From a virus: a stretch of 64,000 nt of DNA. The notes below the pieces were generated by a model, which had not been told where the DNA came from, did not search any database, and was given only the letters and a program-made list of their open reading frames with translations. Positions 26,159-36,348 of this stretch are shown one piece after another (positions within the stretch are counted from its first letter, which is position 1; each line of letters opens with the position of its first letter). The DNA lies in the IMG/VR virus record IMGVR_UViG_3300045988_131275, positions 32,001 to 96,000 of that record; one strand, written 5' to 3'. A program made the translations under genes and the position numbers.

Positions 26159-28725
26159 TAAATATCCTCACTGTCAACTAAAGACTTGCCTTTTCCATAG
26201 TTTCTATATAATATTTCATATTGTGTGATAATATCTAATTCTCTATCTATATCGGCAACAACGATGTTTTTACCGTCTTCATCTTTTCCAATTATTTTTT
26301 TTGCAAATTCCTTTTTAGAATTTTTAATTTCGATAATATCACCATCCTGTAAAGGTAATATTTTAAATATTTGTTTGTCTACCTTTCTATATTGTATTTC
26401 TCCATTTTTAATATTATATATAATTAAATTTGGAGCAATTATATTTCTGGTATTTAATACAAACCATACATCCTTTTCTAAAGATGAATCAATATAACTA
26501 ACTTTATCAAATTTATTAATTTGCATTTCCATGATATTATATGGGTTTATATTTTCGTTTGGAATAATATCGAATATTTCTAATAGAACTTTTTCAAAAT
26601 TCATGTTGTTATAAGATTTACCAGATTTAGATAATTCAGAATTTGAAATAATTATATTTTTTATAACTTCATCAGTTATTTTCTTGTTCAACGTAGTTAA
26701 ATTAATTTTATCTTTTCCATATAGAATAGTAAAATAATCTCTAAAAATTAATAATTTTTTTGTTTTGCCATAAATATTACAACAATCTGCAATTAAATAT
26801 TGTTCTAATACTTTTTTCGTTATTTTATTATCTAAACATTTTTTTAAAAATTCATAGAATGTTGGACTTTCACACATACATTTATATAATACATATGGAA
26901 TTTCATCTATTTTTTCTTCGTCTTTCGTTAAAAACATATCTACTCGTTTTTTCGCTTCATTGATGTAATAATCTTTATCGAGATATTCAGGTATTGACTT
27001 ATCGTGAATATCTTCATTGTCAATAAACAAATGAGTAGGTGTGTTTGCAAACTGTTCGTATGATTTAACACCTTTTTCAATTTTTAATTTGTAAATTGAT
27101 CCATCAGATTGTCGTTTGCTAGCAAATACTCTATGTACTTTACCTTTCAACAATTCTCCATTTATTGATGTTACTTTACCATCTTTGCTAGACACTCCAT
27201 TTCCATACCATATTTCTTTGTATTTCGCAGATAATTTAATAACTTTTTGAAATTTTATGTACTCATTACACTCATTAATTGTTTGTTCAACTGGAATATC
27301 ATATGCTAAATAATTTCTAACAGCATCATTCAAAATCGACAAATCATTATCAATTGGTTTATTGAATTTAACCATTGCTCCTTTACATTCCAGTTTCCCA
27401 TTTTTCATAACAGCAATGTAATTATTTACATCTTTTTGAATGAGTTTTGTATATTCATCTATCTCAAACTCCATTTTGAGTCGTTTACCAACTTCATTCG
27501 TTATCTCAATTACCTTATTTTTCATCTCTTCGTTTTCACAAAGAACAAAAATACCATCTGTATTAGTTTGTAATAATCTACAATATGGTTCAAGTTTATC
27601 AATTAAATCAAGAATAAACATTTGTCCAAATACACAAGTTAAATTAGCCATTAATGGATCATATGATGGATTATTTCTATCTTTTCCTGCTCCATACACA
27701 CCATTAATCATAGGTTTGAGAGCTTTATTTTTTGGATTTCCTTCTGATTTTAATTTTAATCTAAAATCTCTCATTTGCTTAAAGTCATCAGGATTTTTAA
27801 ATTTTCTACTCAACAAACCATATTCAATATCAGTTGTGGGATACATTGAAGCTACATCAGCATGTAGAATAATTCCTTCAAATACAGCTTGTTTATCATC
27901 CGCTCCATGGCAACCTCCCCATGCAAATACATGCGGTATTCCTGCAACAGTGCAACATAACTGATTATTATGTTGTTTATCATCATCTGATCGTAAATGT
28001 TCTTTATATCTCCAATTTTTAGGATTCATATACCATTCTGGAATAAATTTGTATTTATCAGATAATTGAATGGTTTCTGGAATTCTAATCAAGAATTCAT
28101 CATCCATAGTATGTTGGTTTATAGCGTTTAGAATTTTAGAAGCTAATTGAACTTTAGTCTTACTCACATTTTCGAGAGGTAAATTATACAATTCTATAAT
28201 ATCTAATTGTCCTTCAAAATCTGACCAATTTTCTCCAACTACTTTTTTTAACTCTTTAACATCATGCCGATTATAAAACAAAGTTTGTTCTATTTCTTCA
28301 TCCGTTAATGGTCTATCAATATTAAAATCTACTTCTGTTTCTCTAATATCATCTCCCATAAAAGCTTCGCACACTTTTAATGATTTGTCCTTGATTATTG
28401 CATCATAATCATACAATTGATATTTTGTACAATTTTTTACAACTTGAAATGGTTTCTTATTTTCTTTGATGATTTTATCATTCACATATCCAACATTCAT
28501 ACCATCTAATAAAGCTTTCCAAATTCCTGTATCATACTGTCTACCATTATATGAAATAAATACATCATTTTTGTGTTTTTCGTAAAAATCAATTAATTCT
28601 TGTCTATTATTTATTATTACTGTTTCATCTGAATCATCATAATAATTTATAAACGTTACACAAAACCAATTAATTTTAGAATATACTTCAAAATCATAAC
28701 AAAAAATGTTAAAATTGTATGCTAT
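26158..28725 (-). CDS. family B DNA polymerase
   Basis: Exo I FCYDFEV, Exo II YNGRQYD, Exo III YNRHD, motif A HADVASMYPT, motif B KPMINGVYGAG, motif C QTNTDGIFV. The start is uncertain. I favour ATA 28725 (AAGAGGTGGAT + 4 nt, 1 nt after the HEG stop). The alternative ATG 28746 lacks an SD. The track start 28839 overlaps the HEG. Confidence 0.88.
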   Translation of the reverse strand: MAYNFNIFCYDFEVYSKINWFCVTFINYYDDSDETVIINNRQELIDFYEKHKNDVFISYNGRQYDTGIWKALLDGMNVGYVNDKIIKENKKPFQVVKNCTKYQLYDYDAIIKDKSLKVCEAFMGDDIRETEVDFNIDRPLTDEEIEQTLFYNRHDVKELKKVVGENWSDFEGQLDIIELYNLPLENVSKTKVQLASKILNAINQHTMDDEFLIRIPETIQLSDKYKFIPEWYMNPKNWRYKEHLRSDDDKQHNNQLCCTVAGIPHVFAWGGCHGADDKQAVFEGIILHADVASMYPTTDIEYGLLSRKFKNPDDFKQMRDFRLKLKSEGNPKNKALKPMINGVYGAGKDRNNPSYDPLMANLTCVFGQMFILDLIDKLEPYCRLLQTNTDGIFVLCENEEMKNKVIEITNEVGKRLKMEFEIDEYTKLIQKDVNNYIAVMKNGKLECKGAMVKFNKPIDNDLSILNDAVRNYLAYDIPVEQTINECNEYIKFQKVIKLSAKYKEIWYGNGVSSKDGKVTSINGELLKGKVHRVFASKRQSDGSIYKLKIEKGVKSYEQFANTPTHLFIDNEDIHDKSIPEYLDKDYYINEAKKRVDMFLTKDEEKIDEIPYVLYKCMCESPTFYEFLKKCLDNKITKKVLEQYLIADCCNIYGKTKKLLIFRDYFTILYGKDKINLTTLNKKITDEVIKNIIISNSELSKSGKSYNNMNFEKVLLEIFDIIPNENINPYNIMEMQINKFDKVSYIDSSLEKDVWFVLNTRNIIAPNLIIYNIKNGEIQYRKVDKQIFKILPLQDGDIIEIKNSKKEFAKKIIGKDEDGKNIVVADIDRELDIITQYEILYRNYGKGKSLVDSEDI

Positions 28726-28726
28726 T

Positions 28727-29470
28727 TTAATCCACCTCTTTCTCATATTTCCAAATATAACCACCAGATGTACATTGCCTACCATTACAACATTTCGATA
28801 TACTACCTCTATCAATATTTGTAAATCTTTCCGCTTCAATTGTACTTTTATAAATTTTGATTATATTTTCATCTTTATCCATTTGAATTACTTTTTTAGC
28901 TTTATTTCTTCTTTTATCTTTATAATTAAAATTTGGTTTATCCTCACTAAAGCACCAAATATACCCATATGCTTGTCCCATTAGACCATTACAGCAAGCT
29001 GAAATTCCAGAAGAACTACTATATTTTAAAGATGCTTCTTGTATTGATTGATATGTGTTTATTAATTTTTTTGTTTTTGGATCATATTGAGAAACCGATT
29101 TTGATCTTCCATTTAATACACCTTTATATTTTCCAATTTTAGCATTTGACATTTTTCTTTTTGTTCTTTCTGAATGTTTGCTATTCTGACCACCAAGTTT
29201 TAAATTATATCCGTATTTCGAATCATTAGATTTATATTTTTTAATCAGTTCCTCTTCTATAATATTCGCTTCTTCTAGCGTTAAATTATCAATTAAAACA
29301 ATATGTTCAAAATTATCCCATCCATATTTCTGAATAGAATTATAAAAATAAGAACTATTATGATAATATTCACCATCTTTACCAAATCTACGATATAAAT
29401 TATCTTCACCAGTTTGACCTATATAAAGTTTTCCATTTGTTTTATTAATGTGAACATAAATTTTATATAT
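28727..29470 (-). CDS. GIY-YIG homing endonuclease with two NUMOD/IENR-type DNA-binding repeats
   Basis: The frame upstream of the track ORF (28727..29152) encodes YKIYVHINKTNGKLYIGQT..YRRF..SIQKYGWDNF..EEANIIEEELIKKY..YGYN, a GIY-YIG domain. C-terminal repeats GISACCNGLMGQAYGYIW and GSISKCCNGRQCTSGGYIWKY. No ATG: ATA 29470 follows GGTGAT + 4 nt and a TAA. Confidence 0.7.
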   Translation of the reverse strand: MYKIYVHINKTNGKLYIGQTGEDNLYRRFGKDGEYYHNSSYFYNSIQKYGWDNFEHIVLIDNLTLEEANIIEEELIKKYKSNDSKYGYNLKLGGQNSKHSERTKRKMSNAKIGKYKGVLNGRSKSVSQYDPKTKKLINTYQSIQEASLKYSSSSGISACCNGLMGQAYGYIWCFSEDKPNFNYKDKRRNKAKKVIQMDKDENIIKIYKSTIEAERFTNIDRGSISKCCNGRQCTSGGYIWKYEKEVD

Positions 29471-29484
29471 TTAAATCACCATCC

Positions 29485-31224
29485 TTATCCAAATGCAAAT
29501 CCAGAAACTTTATCACTCTTATAGAACATCCAGTCATCAATCAAAACTTGTGCTGATTTTGTTTTATAATCAATTGAAAATCTACCAACAATATCAAATT
29601 CCACATTATCTCCAATATCTATAATTTCTTTATATTGTGCTGCCAAAGAACTTCCTTTGGTTTGTTTTATGAATTTAATATTGTGATATGTAAATTCGAT
29701 TCTATTTTGTTTAGAACCTAATAGATATAAATTGTATTTATTACATGGAATATTTTTGATAAGAAATATCGGTTCACTAATCGTGTTACCCCAAATGTAG
29801 TCATATTTCGCTACATTTTTGATAATCTGATCATGAATTTGATTTGATTCATAGACGTTATAGACATGATATGTAGGTTCATTAATGCTTTTCATAGTTG
29901 ATAATAATTCAAATAATCTATTTGTATTATCAACACTTATTTCACAACCAAATGCTCCTGAATGACCTTCTACTTTATTAAATAAGCCTGTATTTTTACA
30001 CCATTCATTAAAATCTAATATTTCACATTTATCGCTTCCTCTTCCGCTTCCTTTACATACATTACCTTTTCTTCTCATTAATAAACAAGGACGTTGATAT
30101 TGGTCAGCAAGTCTATTGGCAATTAAGCCAGTGGAATTACTGTCAACATCATCTTTTGCATTGCATACTAAAATCGGAAATTTATCAAGATTATATTTTG
30201 ATATTTCTTCTGATAATACCGCAGCACTTTCTTCTGTTTGCTTTTTCTGTTTACGATTACTCGACTGACATGCTTTTAATGTGTAATCTTGAATAGACAT
30301 ATTTACAATTCCTTGACCTCTAACTTTTCTATCAAGAAATCTATCAGAATTACATAACGCTTCAAACATATAACATTTATCTTGATAATCTCCAAGTCTA
30401 ATCATTGAATTGATTAATGGACACACATAGAAACCTATACCATTAATAGTAACTTTATTATTCATAGAATACATTTGGGCTTCAACAAGTGTAGAAATTA
30501 ATTTATTCTTATTTGTATGATCTCTAATTTCATCAAGACCTTTTAAAATAAAATATCTTGTTTCAAGATTTAAAACATCTGCTCTATCACCAATCATACC
30601 AAGAGCCACTAAATCTAAGTAATCGTCAGCGTAATTTACTTTATAGTATTTGTCTAATAATTTTGTAAATTTATATGTGATGCCTACACCTGTCATTGAT
30701 TTATTGGTAATATTTGATGACAATTGATTATTTACTACAATTGCAGGATTGCCAGAAGCATCAATTTTATGATGATCTAAAATGATTACATCTTTTCCAG
30801 AGTCTATCAATCTTTGACATTCATTCCAATCTCCTGTTCCTGCATCTGGAATAATGACAAGTTTTGAATTATCTTCGCACATACTATCAATAAAGTCAGA
30901 TAATCCATGTACTTTTCTATTATGAATAAAACATCTAATTTCTATTGATGGATTTATTCTTTTGGTATATTGATAAATATTTGCACCAGATGTATATCCA
31001 TCCACATCACAGTCAATAAGTAAATCAATTGTATGATTCTGCGATATATGATGTACATATACATCTCTTGCTTTTTTTATATTGTCAAATAATTCTTCAT
31101 TTTCAACATGTTTAATTGTTGGATGTAAAAATGAATCAATATCTTTGATGCCTTTTAATGTTAAAATATCATTTAATTCCGAGCCAAATCTTACTTTTCC
31201 TAGCACATCGTATTTAAAACTCAA
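29485..31224 (-). CDS. DHH/DHHA1 phosphoesterase, RecJ-like ssDNA exonuclease
   Basis: DHH motifs DCDVDGYTS, IIPDAGTGD and ILDHHK, plus a DHHA1-like GHSGAFG. Confidence 0.8.
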   Translation of the reverse strand: MSFKYDVLGKVRFGSELNDILTLKGIKDIDSFLHPTIKHVENEELFDNIKKARDVYVHHISQNHTIDLLIDCDVDGYTSGANIYQYTKRINPSIEIRCFIHNRKVHGLSDFIDSMCEDNSKLVIIPDAGTGDWNECQRLIDSGKDVIILDHHKIDASGNPAIVVNNQLSSNITNKSMTGVGITYKFTKLLDKYYKVNYADDYLDLVALGMIGDRADVLNLETRYFILKGLDEIRDHTNKNKLISTLVEAQMYSMNNKVTINGIGFYVCPLINSMIRLGDYQDKCYMFEALCNSDRFLDRKVRGQGIVNMSIQDYTLKACQSSNRKQKKQTEESAAVLSEEISKYNLDKFPILVCNAKDDVDSNSTGLIANRLADQYQRPCLLMRRKGNVCKGSGRGSDKCEILDFNEWCKNTGLFNKVEGHSGAFGCEISVDNTNRLFELLSTMKSINEPTYHVYNVYESNQIHDQIIKNVAKYDYIWGNTISEPIFLIKNIPCNKYNLYLLGSKQNRIEFTYHNIKFIKQTKGSSLAAQYKEIIDIGDNVEFDIVGRFSIDYKTKSAQVLIDDWMFYKSDKVSGFAFG

Positions 31225-31235
31225 TTACATCCCCC

Positions 31236-31946
31236 CTAATCATTAATCTCAACTATATAATTTTTCATAGCGTTGTATAAAACTATTGGTATTTTGTTTT
31301 TATATAAATCTGCTACCTCTTTTATAAGATTTTCTTTATATTTTTTATATGTATTAAATGCTTTCAAAACTTCATATTTTTCATACAATCCCAAATAAAT
31401 TCTTTTTCCATTAAAGTTTTTACACGATACTTCTAATTTGCCAAAATGTTCAGTTATACCAATAGGATATTTTCCTCTAGCTATATTATTTTTAGTAAAT
31501 AACCTATTGATTGATTGTGGGACAAATACACAATTATATTTGTTATATGATTTATTACCTTTTAAAAGAATATCTTTATCTAATTCAATTCTTTCATCTT
31601 CTACTTCATAGAAATTTTCATCAACCCATTTGGCAAAATTTTGAAAATTTAACCATTCTGCATCAACTTGACATTTTACATACGTTGGTTGTTTTTTATG
31701 ATATTCTTCTGAATAACATCTTCTTAACATTGACTGCCAATATTTATATTGAATACTAAATTCGTTATTCTTTCTTGCTTTATATTTTCCTACACCTGTA
31801 TATCCAATATTATAAAATGTCTTATCATATAGATTTTTCACTTTTCCATTTTTAAATTCTCTATATGCACAATGAACTTTATATTTATAATCGTCTTGAA
31901 ATTCAACAATTACATTGCTAGCGTTTATATATTGGATAATTTTCAT
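31236..31946 (-). CDS. free-standing homing-endonuclease-like protein, paralogue of 9195..9815
   Basis: YKYWQSMLRRCYSEEYHKKQPTY..NFQNFAKW..IELDKDILLKGNKSYNKYNCVFVPQSIN aligns along its length with the nrdD-adjacent ORF. Inserted between the RecJ-like and primase genes. Confidence 0.6.
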   Translation of the reverse strand: MKIIQYINASNVIVEFQDDYKYKVHCAYREFKNGKVKNLYDKTFYNIGYTGVGKYKARKNNEFSIQYKYWQSMLRRCYSEEYHKKQPTYVKCQVDAEWLNFQNFAKWVDENFYEVEDERIELDKDILLKGNKSYNKYNCVFVPQSINRLFTKNNIARGKYPIGITEHFGKLEVSCKNFNGKRIYLGLYEKYEVLKAFNTYKKYKENLIKEVADLYKNKIPIVLYNAMKNYIVEIND

Positions 31947-32021
31947 AGTTGTTCCATGTGAATTATTATTAATTTCTCCAAGTCTATATCCTTTTGTATT
32001 AATCTAATCATCTCCTTTTTA

Positions 32022-33101
32022 TTACTGATTTGTTCCTACATATATTTTGTTCTCCATAAGTTTCAACAAAGTTTCTTTACCTCTATCTGTTGGAGAATCT
32101 TTATAACCTAACAAATTTGTACTATCCCATAACACAGATACAGAAACAAACGGACTTAATTTATCTATGATTTTATCTTTTATATGTTGTGACCAGTTTT
32201 TACATTCGTCTGAATCAAGAGTTTGATATTGTTTATCCAATGCAATAATAACTTCTCTAACTCCCAACATAAGAATCATTCCTTTTTGATAATCAGTTAA
32301 ATTACTTCCACATAAAGCAACTGTAAAATTATCTTCACCAAACATAGTATCAGTTTGAAATACTGATTTTTCAGCTTCTACAAGCATTATCTTTCTCTTT
32401 TTTTGAATTGCATTTATATTATGATTTAAACCAAATAAATTTAATCCAAGAGAATGATTATAAAATTTATTGCCAATTTTAAACGGTGCATATTTACCAA
32501 ATAATTCAATATCATCAGGAAGTAATGCTCTCGATCTTACACCAACTAAATTATTGTTCATATCGTAATGAGGTATGATAATTTTTTGTTGCCATGTTGA
32601 ATAAAGAATGTTGTACTTTTTCATCGTTTCTACAGAAATTCCTTCTTCTATCCATGATTGACAATAAAAGTGCTGAAATATATTAAGAATATTTTTATCG
32701 TAAGGAACTAATATTTTGTCTTTTGGTTTTACCTTTTTATTTTTCTTATATTTTTTGATAAACTCCCAATCAGAAATTTGTTCCTGTTTACCAAATCCAT
32801 ACACATGATTGTCAAGATTTAATTTTATAGAAATCCAATTGATAGCTTTTTGAAATTCTTCTTGTTCATATCCTTTATATCCCATGACTACGCCAATAAT
32901 ATCTAATTGACCACATTCTGTATAACAATGAAATGACATAGAATCTTTATAAAAATATAATTTAGGTTTAGTTCCGTGATGACATATCGTATCTGTTATC
33001 CACATATCATCGTCTTCGTAATAAAAAGTAGCTCCCATCAATTCAAGAAGTTTCTTAATATCATCTTCTGTAAGTTTACTTTTTAATTCCTGGGCGGTCA
33101 T
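32022..33101 (-). CDS. dnaG: DNA primase (DnaG-like: CHC2 zinc finger + Toprim)
   Basis: Zinc finger CHHGTKPKLYFY..SFHCYTECG. Toprim Glu in MLVEAEKSVF and an acidic IIALDKQ motif. Confidence 0.8.
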   Translation of the reverse strand: MTAQELKSKLTEDDIKKLLELMGATFYYEDDDMWITDTICHHGTKPKLYFYKDSMSFHCYTECGQLDIIGVVMGYKGYEQEEFQKAINWISIKLNLDNHVYGFGKQEQISDWEFIKKYKKNKKVKPKDKILVPYDKNILNIFQHFYCQSWIEEGISVETMKKYNILYSTWQQKIIIPHYDMNNNLVGVRSRALLPDDIELFGKYAPFKIGNKFYNHSLGLNLFGLNHNINAIQKKRKIMLVEAEKSVFQTDTMFGEDNFTVALCGSNLTDYQKGMILMLGVREVIIALDKQYQTLDSDECKNWSQHIKDKIIDKLSPFVSVSVLWDSTNLLGYKDSPTDRGKETLLKLMENKIYVGTNQ

Positions 33102-33113
33102 ATAAGTACCTCC

Positions 33114-34733
33114 CTACTTAGATAATTGCATTGCTAAATCTGATCCAGATACATCAATATCAGTTTCAATAATACCAACATCTCCAACATCATCTAATCT
33201 AAAATCAATCAACGTTTTCTCAATATCAGTAATTAATTCATAGTTGTAATCCGTCACAAAACAATCTACTTCTCTCATAGTTCCCATATTGAGTTTTGTC
33301 CAAATTATAATAGTTTTCCATTTTCCACCACGATTTTTAAATATGTAGTAAGACATATTGGGGATTAATGATCCGAATGAACCATCTGACTCAAGAATTG
33401 GTTTTAATCTTTTTAAATCTTTGTGTGTTACAGGAAGTGCAAGTATACCACCATCAGCTTTTTCGATAATAGCTTTTGATCCTTTTAATGCACCTGCATC
33501 TTTATTATTATCTTCTTTATAATTATCATTTAACTGTGTAGCTGAACCAAGATATACATTAAATTTATTACAAACTGATTTTAAAGCTGCACTGAATAAG
33601 AAAAGAATCTGGTCTGTTCTAAGTCTTGTGTGTGTCTTATTGTAATAATATTCGTAAAGTGATGGTGAATCATTGATGTAATCAAAGAAACAAGCTACTA
33701 TTCCATAGTTTAAAACATATTTCTCAATAGTTTCAGAAATCAAATCAATTGTAAAATCTGGCATATACTCTATATAATAATTATAATTCTCTATGTATTT
33801 TGCAGATTCATCAAGAATTGATTCTTCTTCTGGCGTAATATCACTCCATTCTTCAATTCTATCCTGATCAACTCCACTAACATGAGCTAAAATGATATCT
33901 TGAATTTCCTCTTTTTCAAGCTCTGTTGAAATAAATAACACTGGTTGGCTTTCACCTGTTGGAATCCATTCTCTTTTATTCCAATCATAAATTCTATCTG
34001 ATACCATGTTACATCCATCTGCTAATGAAGATCTTGATTTTCCACCACCAGATACAGAACTTCTTAAAATGTATTTTTTAGGTCGCATCCCTCGATATAC
34101 TGTAGTTAAATATCCAGATTGAAACGGATAACCATATACATTTTGCTGATTCTTATGTTCATTTAATCTTTCTACAATACCTTCACCTGCTCTAAATGAA
34201 TAGTTATCACCAAAAACATTCTTCCATTTAGATTTAAAATCCATAAATTTATTATTTATTTCATTTAAAACTTCTATGCTAGTCAACTGATTGAAATGTT
34301 CAAGTTTTTCATCATCATTTTCATCATATATAAACGATACATCCATTCTAAGAGATTCTGTAGCATTTCTAATGATTGAATATTTTCTTACATCATCATA
34401 ATATTTACCTACATTTGAAAGTTTGTCAGAAGACATATCAATCGCAGATTCAATATACCCCCAACCATCGTTATTTTTCCATAAAGACAAAGCGGTATCA
34501 AATTGTGATATTTCATTTTCAATATCTATGGGTGTAATTTTTTCAGCCGTTCTTTTCTTAGCAATATTAATAATTGCACCCCATATCATTTTATGAAAAT
34601 TCTCAGGGTAATCATTTGTATTAGTTGCATATTTTTCATCCAATGCTAATCTTGGATTCAAACAATAACAACCAAATAATAAAAATATAGCTTTCTTATC
34701 TACCTGTTGATTAAAATTAATTTGAATCACCAC
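33114..34733 (-). CDS. DnaB-like replicative helicase
   Basis: Walker A-like SGGGKSRS. FISTELEKEEI matches the SLEM-type motif, FFDYIND is Walker B-like and SATQLND is QLNR-like. Confidence 0.7.
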   Translation of the reverse strand: MVIQINFNQQVDKKAIFLLFGCYCLNPRLALDEKYATNTNDYPENFHKMIWGAIINIAKKRTAEKITPIDIENEISQFDTALSLWKNNDGWGYIESAIDMSSDKLSNVGKYYDDVRKYSIIRNATESLRMDVSFIYDENDDEKLEHFNQLTSIEVLNEINNKFMDFKSKWKNVFGDNYSFRAGEGIVERLNEHKNQQNVYGYPFQSGYLTTVYRGMRPKKYILRSSVSGGGKSRSSLADGCNMVSDRIYDWNKREWIPTGESQPVLFISTELEKEEIQDIILAHVSGVDQDRIEEWSDITPEEESILDESAKYIENYNYYIEYMPDFTIDLISETIEKYVLNYGIVACFFDYINDSPSLYEYYYNKTHTRLRTDQILFLFSAALKSVCNKFNVYLGSATQLNDNYKEDNNKDAGALKGSKAIIEKADGGILALPVTHKDLKRLKPILESDGSFGSLIPNMSYYIFKNRGGKWKTIIIWTKLNMGTMREVDCFVTDYNYELITDIEKTLIDFRLDDVGDVGIIETDIDVSGSDLAMQLSK

Positions 34734-35220
34734 CCTCTATCAAATCACCTAAATTAATCAATGATGTAGATGATTTTATTTTATTCATATTTAAAGATTT
34801 TCTATTTACAATTTTTGTTTTAATATCTACTTTGGATATTTTGTCAGCTTGTTCTTTTTGTTTTTCTTGTTGAAGATAAAAATTACAAGCTTCATCGTAA
34901 TAATGATCTATAATATAAATTCCATACTTTTCATTAAATGATTTTCCTAAAATTTCTTTACAATACCACAACGTATATGTCATAGCAGCGTATGGATAGT
35001 TATATTCTTTTCTAAATTTTTTAACTTGATTCAATATTAATCCATTTGCTTTTTCCAAATGAAATATAGTGAATATGTAATCCATAAGTTGTTTATATTC
35101 TCTTGCATCTTTTTCTACTTTATGAAAACATTCTTCGCAATAATAACGATTATCATATTTATGCTTTTCTTCTGGTTGTAATGCTTTACCACAACATTTA
35201 CATTTAACACCTCTTGCCAT
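34717..35220 (-). CDS. zinc-ribbon protein of unknown function
   Basis: N-terminal CKCCGK..YYCEECF. 167 aa, overlapping the helicase start by 17 nt. Confidence 0.65.
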   Translation of the reverse strand: MARGVKCKCCGKALQPEEKHKYDNRYYCEECFHKVEKDAREYKQLMDYIFTIFHLEKANGLILNQVKKFRKEYNYPYAAMTYTLWYCKEILGKSFNEKYGIYIIDHYYDEACNFYLQQEKQKEQADKISKVDIKTKIVNRKSLNMNKIKSSTSLINLGDLIEGGDSN

Positions 35221-35249
35221 AATACACTCACCTTTTAAATTTAATTATT

Positions 35250-35269
35250 GGGAGGGAATTGCCCCTCCC
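35250..35269. other. GC-rich hairpin (GGGAGGG / CCCTCCC)
   Basis: A 7-bp all-G/C-plus-one stem in otherwise AT-rich DNA, between two - strand genes. No clear U-tract on the - strand. Confidence 0.4.
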
Positions 35270-35275
35270 TTAGAT

Positions 35276-36277
35276 TTATTTAATGTTGTATTTTGTAACA
35301 AGTTCTTCAAGTTCCATTACAATTACCTTTGTAAGATCAATCTGTGTATCTCTTAGACTATCAAACATTTTTACATTTCCATCATCATCAAGACCTAAGT
35401 TTTTCTGTAAGACTGCGGTAGCTTCATTTAGATATCCATGCTGTGCAAGTAATGCTCCTAACTCTAATCCTTTATTCTTAATTACATTAAAGTCTTCTAC
35501 ATGAGTAGTCTTATCAATTGTTTTCTCTTTGGTTGTGAAATCTCCACCTAAATCTTCTACTGCTTTTACCCATACATCTTTCAAATCTTTAATGTTGATT
35601 TCGTTTGGAAGATTGAATGTATCTTTTAAATCTGGATATTTGTCACTTTTCTTAAATGTTACATAACGCTCTCCATCTTTTTGATACATATATCCAACAA
35701 GGAAAGCACCTTCTCTACAATATGAAAATGTGTTTTTGTTAAGTTTAAGAGAATCACTCTCTTTCTTTGTGTCAAAATCTTTTACGTGAGAAGACTGTGC
35801 AATACAATGAACTGTATATCCTAAACTTTGAATCAATCCAATGTTTCTTAATGCACTTTTAAATCTTAATGAACCTTCACCAAAACCACCAACATCTTTT
35901 AAGATTTCAGCATCTCTATTCTCAAGGACATATCTCTCACAAAATTCTTCATATTTGTCAAGCGTATCAATTACAATACAAGAGAATTTATTTTTTAATG
36001 CTGGATTTCTTAACTGTCCAATGATTGATTTAAAGTCTGACATACTATTTACTTTTACTGCGGTAATTCCAGGAATGTTCTGGAATCTATCTTCAAATTC
36101 TAAAAAGAATGGATCTTTATCTGGAACTAATTCTTTCAAAAACTTCATTGTACTCATTGTTTTACCAACACCAGTGTCACCCATGATAATCATTGAATAC
36201 TGAGTAAGGTCAACAGATACTTTGTTTGGTTGTAAGTCTAATAAATTTGGAATCATTCTAATTTTCTCCTTATACAT
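35276..36277 (-). CDS. AAA_24-family ATPase (Sak4-like recombination/annealing ATPase)
   Basis: Walker A IIMGDTGVGKTMS and Walker B-like CIVIDTLD. The size and the neighbouring SSB-like and Gp157 genes are typical. Confidence 0.6.
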   Translation of the reverse strand: MYKEKIRMIPNLLDLQPNKVSVDLTQYSMIIMGDTGVGKTMSTMKFLKELVPDKDPFFLEFEDRFQNIPGITAVKVNSMSDFKSIIGQLRNPALKNKFSCIVIDTLDKYEEFCERYVLENRDAEILKDVGGFGEGSLRFKSALRNIGLIQSLGYTVHCIAQSSHVKDFDTKKESDSLKLNKNTFSYCREGAFLVGYMYQKDGERYVTFKKSDKYPDLKDTFNLPNEINIKDLKDVWVKAVEDLGGDFTTKEKTIDKTTHVEDFNVIKNKGLELGALLAQHGYLNEATAVLQKNLGLDDDGNVKMFDSLRDTQIDLTKVIVMELEELVTKYNIK

Positions 36278-36291
36278 GTAATTTATTTGTG

Positions 36292-36324
36292 TTCCTACTC
36301 AATCCTATATGAACTGAGTAGGAA
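36292..36324. other. 10-bp hairpin between the SSB-like and AAA_24 genes
   Basis: TTCCTACTCA (36292-36301) / TGAGTAGGAA (36315-36324). No U-tract on the - strand, so this may be an RNA processing or stability element rather than a terminator. Confidence 0.35.
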
Positions 36325-36348
36325 ATTTACTATTTTGATTAATTATGT

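Noticed and set aside
27440-27964. Numerous + strand ORFs in the track that lie antisense to long - strand genes. Examples: 4525..4866, 5882..6199, 6215..6487, 10173..10490, 27440..27964, 35841..36203, 54689..55084 and 56183..56545. Short same-strand overlapping ORFs such as 949..1131, 11156..11338, 39507..39692 and 59995..60228 belong in the same group.
   Set aside because: They overlap well-supported genes with recognisable domains. Their translations are low-complexity and rich in S/F/L/I, typical of the antisense of AT-rich coding DNA. They lack SD sequences and break the otherwise uniform operon packing.
19594-29473. Genome-wide stop-codon reassignment (TGA to Trp or TAA/TAG recoding), prompted by the in-frame TGA at 19594-19596 and the in-frame TAA at 29471-29473.
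   Set aside because: TGA, TAA and TAG each terminate proteins at positions that match family-typical C-termini (nrdD exon 2, dut, ligA, polB, the helicase). The large conserved genes contain no internal stops under the standard code.
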